A stretch of DNA of 51,005 nucleotides from Halocafeteria seosinensis (lineage: Eukaryota): contig LVLI01000680.1 in the NCBI GenBank assembly GCA_001687465.1, forward strand, positions 1 through 51,005, read 5' to 3'. The position numbers and the translations under genes were made by a program. The notes beneath the pieces were generated by a model. The model did no database searches. It saw nothing but the letters and a program-made list of their open reading frames with translations, and had not been told where the DNA came from. Numbering within the stretch: the stretch's first letter is position 1; the number at the start of each line of letters is the position of its first letter. Below, in pieces: positions 48,602 to 51,005 of this stretch.

Positions 48602-48754
48602 ACCACAGTGCAGTGTGTACATGTGACCTGAAGTCACCAAGGTCAAAAGGGAAAACGGCACTCTCCAAGTTCCAACGCAGTTCCGAGCGAACCACAGTGC
48701 AGTATGTGACCTGAAGTCACAAGGGAAAACGGCACTCTCCAAGTACCAACGCAG
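48602..48754. repeat. Imperfect tandem direct repeat, two copies (79 and 64 bp)
   Basis: Copies at 48602-48680 and 48691-48754 share ACCACAGTGCAGT, ATGTGACCTGAAGTCAC and AAGGGAAAACGGCACTCTCCAAGT-CCAACGCAG. Confidence 0.85.
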
Positions 48755-49516
48755 CTCTTCGCTTCCGGGTACAGTTTTTCTTTTTGACCCACTTTCGTTG
48801 CAACTCGGCAGTATTGGTACTACATACTGGTAAGCGACGAAAATGTGACTGATGGCCCACCGGCAGTTGGATGTGAGCCGCTACACCAGACGCCAGCAGC
48901 GCTAACGAGGGACATGGTATCACGGTGCACAACCAATGCTAATGCTCTTTCCTGTCTTTCTCCTGCACTGACTACAGGCCTGGCTTGAGTCAATGATTTG
49001 TCCGATGGGTCCCAAGGGTTTCTGGAACGCGTTATTGTTACATAAAGCCTGACTTCGAGACTCGGAGCCGGAGTCCTTTTGGCCGAGAAGATTCTGGCAC
49101 GGCACAATAAACTTCTTCCAACCGGCAGAAGGGGATCCAAAGGGACAAAAAAGGTAGATCCTCCTCGTAGCTCCCCTTGCGAGAGAGGTTGCAGTACCGC
49201 TTTGGGAAGGAATTTATGCGGTTTGTTATGACTTTACGATTTAATGGCTATTAGGCGTTCTTAGGCATTATTAATTGACACGATAAACAGTTTGTGTTTT
49301 GCACCTGTGTCTGCGTGTTAAGGCACCCAGAGAAAAGTTGTCTCTGGGCCTTGTTTTTTCTTGGATACGAATTGTACTACAAAATACAAACCATTCCTAC
49401 CCCCGGGGTGCAGTGATCCGTTAAACACTGCTGTGATAGCGAAGAGTGAATTATATTGCGTTACTTACCACGCACCTACGAGTCCTACGAATTTTCGTCC
49501 CGTCCCGTTCAGCGAA

Positions 49517-50929
49517 ATGGCAGCGGCGAACGAGCACCTTCTGTGGAAAACCTTAACCGAACTGCCCGAGCCAGATGGGGATGCTACCCTCGATGACTAT
49601 GACGACCTTCGCAACCGGAGGACAGACCAATACAATGAGTGCAGAGGTGTGCTCAAGTCTAACTACTCGGGAAGAACGTACTATTTGTACAGGATACAAA
49701 ATGCGCTGCGAGGCGCCGTCTATAAGGGAATCGCGATAAACCCCGAAACAGGTCAGCGCCAAGCGTTTGGGGTGAAGAGGCTCGATGGCGTAAGTTGTGG
49801 CAGTAACTTGTTGATATTCCTTCCTGTTTTTGGTTTATATTCATTTATGGTTTTCAGCAATGTGTAGCGAGAAATCTGTTCTTTGACATGGACGGGAATC
49901 TATATCGCCCGAACGATTCAGGTGACAACCTTATCATGGAAATCCATGCTATGCGAAATCTTGGTAGCGAGAATGCGCATATTCAACCCTTGGAGGAATT
50001 CGTCTATGTCGAAGGGACACACTGGCGCGACTACTTCATGATAATGCCATACTCGAATCGTACGTAGTGCTGACGCCGAAGTGTTCGTTTATTCTTGACA
50101 GCATTCGCACTCTTTTGCTATTTGTTCAGGGGGTGATCTACAGATGTGGATGGGAGCCTTGCAGATGGAAGATCTCTGGCGAAGCATTGCCTGGCAGCTC
50201 GTGCATGGTGAGTAACAGGGGTCTGTCACGAGCATCCTTTACAGTAGAGTCTCACTACTCGGTTTTGCACAGGGGTATCTTTTATGCTATGTCGCGGATT
50301 AAGCCACTGTGACATATCCCTTGAAAACGCCTTGGTGCAGGAACACCGCGATGGACGCTTGCAGGTGTTCATCCATGACTTTGGACGCGCTGTGGATTGT
50401 CCAAGATGTCCTGGAGCTGATGGATTACGTTTTCCGATTCCGTAAGTGTACTGTAGTTCCTTACGCGCAAGCAGGGCATTTCAGGAATAACACAGCGTTG
50501 TTTTATTGTTTCTTCTACAGCTGCGTGAAACCCTTGTACATGGCACCTGAACAACTTTTTGCTCATGCTCATCCAATCGATGGGGCGCAACTGGACATTT
50601 ACTGCCTCGGTATGACGCTGTATCTGTTGATTGTCCAAAACAAACCACCCTCTCCTCACATGCCGGAGAACGAAAGACTACCTAGGATGAGGGAAGCAAT
50701 GGAAAGAAGAGGTGCTTCAAAGCTTTGCCAAGACTTTATACTGAGCCTGGTGAGACAAGTGCCAGCCATGAGGAGCAGTGTCCTTGGGGAAAGAGGCAGA
50801 CGTGCGATGATTGAACACCCATGGTTCGAAGGCCTTCGCGATCCAGTTGCCATTCGCCAAGAGCTGGAACAGGTGGACGACGAAACTCAACGGCGGCAAG
50901 ATCGGTGGGTGGACCAAGAAGAGGCCTGA
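49517..50929 (+). CDS. Ser/Thr protein kinase, CAMK-like HxD(I/V)SLEN type, multi-exon
   Basis: IQNALRGAVYKG, FGVKRL, DNLIMEIHAM, HCDISLEN, HDFGRA, KPLYMAPE, DIYCLG, EHPWF. Confidence 0.88.
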
Positions 50930-51005
50930 GTGGGCTGAAAATTAGGAGGTCTACCGAGTTGACAAAGAACCCAAAAAAAAAGTACAGAAAAAACCGAACG
51001 ACAAC

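Noticed and set aside
48602..48754. Repeat considered as a CRISPR array
   Set aside because: Only two long imperfect copies, no regular spacers, no cas genes, eukaryotic context.
49326..49360. CCCAGAGA/TCTCTGGG hairpin followed by a T-rich run, like a bacterial intrinsic terminator
   Set aside because: Eukaryotic locus with no upstream gene to terminate; likely chance.

Overview
This is gene-dense eukaryotic DNA with short GT-AG spliceosomal introns (mostly ~55-85 nt), which fragment the ORF track. The HxD(I/V)SLEN kinase and the gene style suggest a compact stramenopile-type protist (inference only). About 19 protein-coding genes can be assembled by eye. In order: a tandem pair of unknown Cys-rich proteins, a CDF/ZnT zinc transporter, a standalone GGCT-like (HDA5 C-terminal-like) protein, an AAAP amino-acid transporter, presenilin, CWC27, a NIPA-type transporter, SNU114/EFTUD2, CCT2, CHMP2/VPS2, VPS34, an LRR-HlyIII/PAQR fusion, two tandem GT7-like glycosyltransferases, an intronless Ariadne-like RBR ligase, a PHTF/7TMIC-like membrane protein, a VPS41-like protein, ELP5 and a Ser/Thr kinase. 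The most notable unexplained signals are: (1) a ~500-nt highly foldable + strand segment ending in an Sm-site-like motif between CWC27 and NIPA; (2) a putative degenerate Ras-like domain fused to a PHTF/gustatory-receptor-like 7TM region; (3) three unusually long, self-complementary introns in CCT2; (4) a 7-nt microexon and an 18-bp upstream motif conserved between two diverged paralogs. Gene models, family calls and base pairings were all done by eye without database searches, so exon boundaries are approximate. No rRNA, tRNA, CRISPR array or transposase was recognised.
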